A stretch of DNA of 15,526 bases from Candidatus Iainarchaeum sp. (GTDB taxonomy: Archaea > Iainarchaeota > Iainarchaeia > Iainarchaeales > GCA-2688035), in NCBI GenBank assembly GCA_028713935.1, contig JAQTNI010000033.1, positions 1-15,526 of the forward strand. Reading direction: 5' to 3'. The position numbers and the translations under genes are program-made. Below are positions 12,768 through 15,526 of this stretch, piece by piece. How positions within the stretch are numbered: position 1 is the first letter of the stretch; every line of letters starts with the position of its first letter. The notes below the pieces were generated by a model that was given only the letters and a program-made list of their open reading frames with translations, was not told the DNA's origin and did not search any database.

Positions 12768-13547
12768 CTATTCACCCTCTTCCTGTGTTGCTGTTTCCGT
12801 ATTCGGCTCGGATTCCTCTTTTTCGGCTTCCAAGTATTTTTTTCTCAAAGCCTCTTTTTGCACTTCATAAACCTGCTTGCATCCTTTCAAGCCGAGCTTT
12901 AAGGCCTTTTTCCATTCTTCAGGAGTTAAAAGGCCGTCCATCTGCAACAAAACAATTTCTTCTGTTCTCGGCAGGATTGCCATTGGAATATCAACGGCAT
13001 CTGGGGCGTCTTCTTCGTCCTTGTTCAAATCAAGAATTATTTCCCCGCCTGCTTTTCCAACTCCGACAGCGGAAACCATGTCTCTCATTGGAATTCCCGC
13101 ATCTGCCAGTGCAGCGCTTGCAGCAACCAAAGCCGCAACCCTTGTTCCGGCATTGCTGTCAAGGATTTCAACAAAAATATCTATTGTGGTATTGGGAAAT
13201 CTTTCCAAAAAAATTGCTTTTTCAAGCGCTTCCCCTGAAACCTTGCTTATTTCCATTTCCCTTCTTCCGGGCTTTGGATTTTTTCTGTCAGGAACTGAAA
13301 AAGTCGCCATCCTGTACTGGTAGTCCACCAATGCCTTGTAAGGATTCTGGATATGCTTTGGCAGTGCCTCTCTTGGGCCGTAAACAGCCGCAACAACCTT
13401 GTTCTGGCCCCATTCAAGGGCACAGCTTCCGTCTGCCCTGCTCAAAACCCCGACTTCAATTTTTAATGGGCGCAATTCTTCTGTGCCTCGCCCGTCAAGC
13501 CTTTTTCCATTTTTCACATACTCTGTTTTTTCCTCTTTTTTGCTCAA
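12768..13547 (-). CDS. rrp41: Exosome complex exonuclease Rrp41 (RNase PH-like, catalytic)
   Basis: GKRLDGRGTEELRPLKIEVGVLSRADGSCALEWGQNKVVAAVYGPRE and DSNAGTRVAALVAASAALADAGIPMRD are RNase PH signatures. TTG start at 13547 is preceded by GAGGGA. Confidence 0.9.
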   Translation of the reverse strand: MSKKEEKTEYVKNGKRLDGRGTEELRPLKIEVGVLSRADGSCALEWGQNKVVAAVYGPREALPKHIQNPYKALVDYQYRMATFSVPDRKNPKPGRREMEISKVSGEALEKAIFLERFPNTTIDIFVEILDSNAGTRVAALVAASAALADAGIPMRDMVSAVGVGKAGGEIILDLNKDEEDAPDAVDIPMAILPRTEEIVLLQMDGLLTPEEWKKALKLGLKGCKQVYEVQKEALRKKYLEAEKEESEPNTETATQEEGE

Positions 13548-13558
13548 ACAAATCCCTC

Positions 13559-14179
13559 TTATGCATTATTGTTTTTTTCTTTCAAAAAATTTTCAATCTT
13601 GTTAGTCAAATTGCTCAAATGAGATTCAACCTCAATTTTTTTAATCGCTTCGGAAAGCAGCTGAGTATTCCCGCCTTTTGCCCAGATCCTGCCATTGCGG
13701 CCAACCATTATGTTTGCGCCTGTGCCGATTTTAAGGGCTTCCATCATTGAAGCGTTTTTTCCGATTACGCGCGGCACCTTGACAGGGCTGATGTTTATTA
13801 TTTCGCCGCCGTAAAAAACCCTTACCTGCCCGAGCTCTGCCTCATTTATTTCGTTGACTGAAAGAATCTTTGCGGAAATAATCGAGCCTCTCTGCAGCCT
13901 GTCCCTCATGAATTCCTTTGAAACAAAGGAATAGTAAAAGGAATTAATGTCAACAATATAACCCGCGAATGTTTCCTGCACAACAATTCCTATCACAAGG
14001 TCGTCCCTTTGAGGGAAATATTTTCCATGCAATGCTACCACTGACGCGTCCTGGGAATCATTGTAAACGAGCCCAAGCGCATCGGAATAAATTTTTCCGT
14101 TTTCCATGAAAACATGCGAGCCTACTTGTTTCCTTTCTTCCGAAACGAGTTCTCCGGGAATAACAATTTTTTTCTTCAT
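13559..14179 (-). CDS. rrp4: Exosome complex RNA-binding subunit Rrp4 (S1 + KH domains)
   Basis: PGELV N-terminal domain. [21 protein letters not shown] is S1-like. [33 protein letters not shown] is KH-like. The ATG overlaps the SBDS stop (ATGA, 14176-14179). Confidence 0.9.
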   Translation of the reverse strand: MKKKIVIPGELVSEERKQVGSHVFMENGKIYSDALGLVYNDSQDASVVALHGKYFPQRDDLVIGIVVQETFAGYIVDINSFYYSFVSKEFMRDRLQRGSIISAKILSVNEINEAELGQVRVFYGGEIINISPVKVPRVIGKNASMMEALKIGTGANIMVGRNGRIWAKGGNTQLLSEAIKKIEVESHLSNLTNKIENFLKEKNNNA

Positions 14180-14877
14180 TTTTGATTCTCCACAAATTTT
14201 GTTTCAACATTTCCATGGGTTAAATGGTTCAATTCATTCAAAAATTCCGACCTCATTCCCGCAGGCAATTCAACCAGGACAAGGAGGCTTCCGTCATTGC
14301 CCCATTCCTCTTTTTTAAGGTCGTACCTGTGCAGCATTGCGCTTGCCTTGCCGCTGAACTCAGCCGGGACCTTTATTGCAATTTTTGATTTTTCAAAGCT
14401 GATTGGAATAATTTTTTTCAATTCCTTAAGAATTTCAGTGACCTGTTCCTCAACAGGCTTAAATTCATCAATATGAACTTTTGCCTCGTTCAAGGCATTC
14501 TCAATTCTTTGCGGAGGGTGAGGTGAATTTGTCTGGGGATTCATTGCGTTTCTCGCAATCAACTGGATAATTTCCTTTCTTTTCTGCTCGCGCAACTCCC
14601 TTCTCTGCTCAGTTGTCAATTGCACTGTACCGGACTTAATGATTTTTTCCGCAATCGTTTCAATCCTTGTTGTGCCAAAAGCCTTGTTCAGTGCCTCAGT
14701 GCCCTGGACAGTTCCCTTGTTGGCGTCCTTGAAAACAGAGTCAATTGCAAGCAAATCATTAAAGCTAATTTTGTCACCTTTCCTCAGTTTCATTGCCAAA
14801 TCCGGGTCAACCAAAATTTCAAATTTTTCTCCAGAATGCTCAAGCCGCGCAATAACGGCCTCCTCAAGCTTCACCAT
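14176..14877 (-). CDS. SBDS-family ribosome maturation protein
   Basis: [27 protein letters not shown]...DANKG...AFGTT is the SBDS N-terminal domain pattern. I use the ATG at 14877 (MVKLEEAV...), preceded by GGAG, rather than the track start at 14928. Confidence 0.9.
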   Translation of the reverse strand: MVKLEEAVIARLEHSGEKFEILVDPDLAMKLRKGDKISFNDLLAIDSVFKDANKGTVQGTEALNKAFGTTRIETIAEKIIKSGTVQLTTEQRRELREQKRKEIIQLIARNAMNPQTNSPHPPQRIENALNEAKVHIDEFKPVEEQVTEILKELKKIIPISFEKSKIAIKVPAEFSGKASAMLHRYDLKKEEWGNDGSLLVLVELPAGMRSEFLNELNHLTHGNVETKFVENQK

Positions 14878-14891
14878 GAGACACAAAACTC

Positions 14892-14908
14892 CTGCAAAAA
14901 TTTTGCAG
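14892..14908 (-). other. Short hairpin in the psmA-SBDS spacer
   Basis: CTGCAAAAATTTTGCAG is a perfect dyad of 8 paired positions around a central A. It lies between the psmA stop (14931-14933) and the SBDS SD and ATG. Confidence 0.35.
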
Positions 14909-14930
14909 TTATTTTGAATTAAAATCAAAT

Positions 14931-15526
14931 TTATATTTTCCCTAAAACAGCCTTTAATTTCTGTTTGGAAAGCCTTTCAAACTGCTTTCCGCTTTCAATA
15001 ACAACAAAATCAAGCCTGTTAACATCAACCTTCTGCTTGTCAAGCGCCAAACCCTTGTCAATTCCCTTAAGAAGCAAAACAATCGCATCATCAAGAGGCA
15101 AATTTTCAGAATACTCTGTTTCAAAAAACTTCATGCATTCCTTTTTCCCTTTTCCAATTGCAATCGCCTTGTATTCCGCAAGAGCGCCGCTCGGCTCTGT
15201 TTCAAAAAGCCTTGCCCCAGAATCATCAACTCCGCCGACAATAAAAGAAACTCCAAAAGGCCTCATTCCGGCATACTGGGTAAACAACTGTTTCACAGCG
15301 CCAATTTCCTTTGCAAGGGTATCAACAGGAATTTTTTCATCATAATACATCTGGTTTTCCTGTGCCTGTTTTCTTGCAATCTGGACAAGCCTTCTCGCAT
15401 CACCAACAAGGCCGGAGCCGATTACTGCAACATGCTCGTCAACCCTGAAAACTTTTTCAATAGATTCAGGCATAACAAGCCTGCTGACAATTTTTTTGTC
15501 AGCGCCCAAAATAACTCCCTTATCAA
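14931..15526 (-). CDS. psmA: Proteasome subunit alpha, N-terminus beyond the window edge
   Basis: The frame stays open to the window end (...[17 protein letters not shown]...). [13 protein letters not shown]-like [18 protein letters not shown] and FETEPSG are 20S alpha-subunit signatures. The track's TTG at 15509 is internal. Confidence 0.9.
   Translation of the reverse strand, partial: DKGVILGADKKIVSRLVMPESIEKVFRVDEHVAVIGSGLVGDARRLVQIARKQAQENQMYYDEKIPVDTLAKEIGAVKQLFTQYAGMRPFGVSFIVGGVDDSGARLFETEPSGALAEYKAIAIGKGKKECMKFFETEYSENLPLDDAIVLLLKGIDKGLALDKQKVDVNRLDFVVIESGKQFERLSKQKLKAVLGKI

Noticed and set aside
12189-13750. Long plus-strand ORFs (12189..12902 at 237 aa, 12785..13750 at 321 aa, 12877..13323 at 148 aa)
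   Set aside because: They are antisense shadows of the confidently recognised rrp42, rrp41 and rrp4 genes. Their translations are Ser/Leu/Phe/Pro-rich low-complexity strings with no motifs.
1-15526. Search for CRISPR arrays, tRNA/rRNA genes, transposases, integrases and terminal inverted repeats
   Set aside because: No regularly spaced direct repeats, no cloverleaf-like GC-rich segments and no recombinase-like ORFs were seen. Intergenic regions are all under 160 nt. A covariance-model scan would be needed to exclude small ncRNAs formally.

Overview
AT-rich archaeal chromosomal segment with tightly packed genes, GGTGA-type Shine-Dalgarno sites and many GTG/TTG starts. The lineage cannot be fixed from sequence alone. 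A reduced-genome (DPANN-like) archaeon is only an inference. RIGHT THIRD (9735-15526, minus strand): the conserved archaeal exosome/proteasome superoperon. Order is psmA (cut by the window edge), SBDS, rrp4, rrp41, rrp42, rpl37ae, rpoP (44 codons, missing from the ORF track), pcc1 (track start is wrong), pfdB. A translationally coupled DHH/DHHA1 phosphoesterase extends it. LEFT TWO THIRDS are accessory. (a) 1-2105: a radical SAM/SPASM enzyme, an unannotated 29-codon ORF with a good SD, and a very AT-rich MBL-fold hydrolase. I read this as a candidate RiPP-like peptide-modification cassette, and it is my best guess for the most novel element. (b) 2457-6006: a co-directional minus-strand array of wHTH, V4R, HAD, KaiC-like ATPase, multi-pass membrane protein and Roadblock/LC7. 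It carries a duplicated TCTGG-N4-CCAGA palindrome bracketing the wHTH promoter and start codon, and the same CTTTCTTT/AAAGAAAG repeat-hairpin architecture in two consecutive spacers. (c) 6067-9725: a PTS-EIIB-like Cys-loop protein with deviant Arg codon usage, a PHP phosphoesterase, an HTH protein, a zinc-ribbon miniprotein, a canonical HAD hydrolase and a SAM methyltransferase. I saw no rRNA, tRNA, CRISPR array, transposase or integrase. All family calls rest on motif recognition by eye, and no searches were run.
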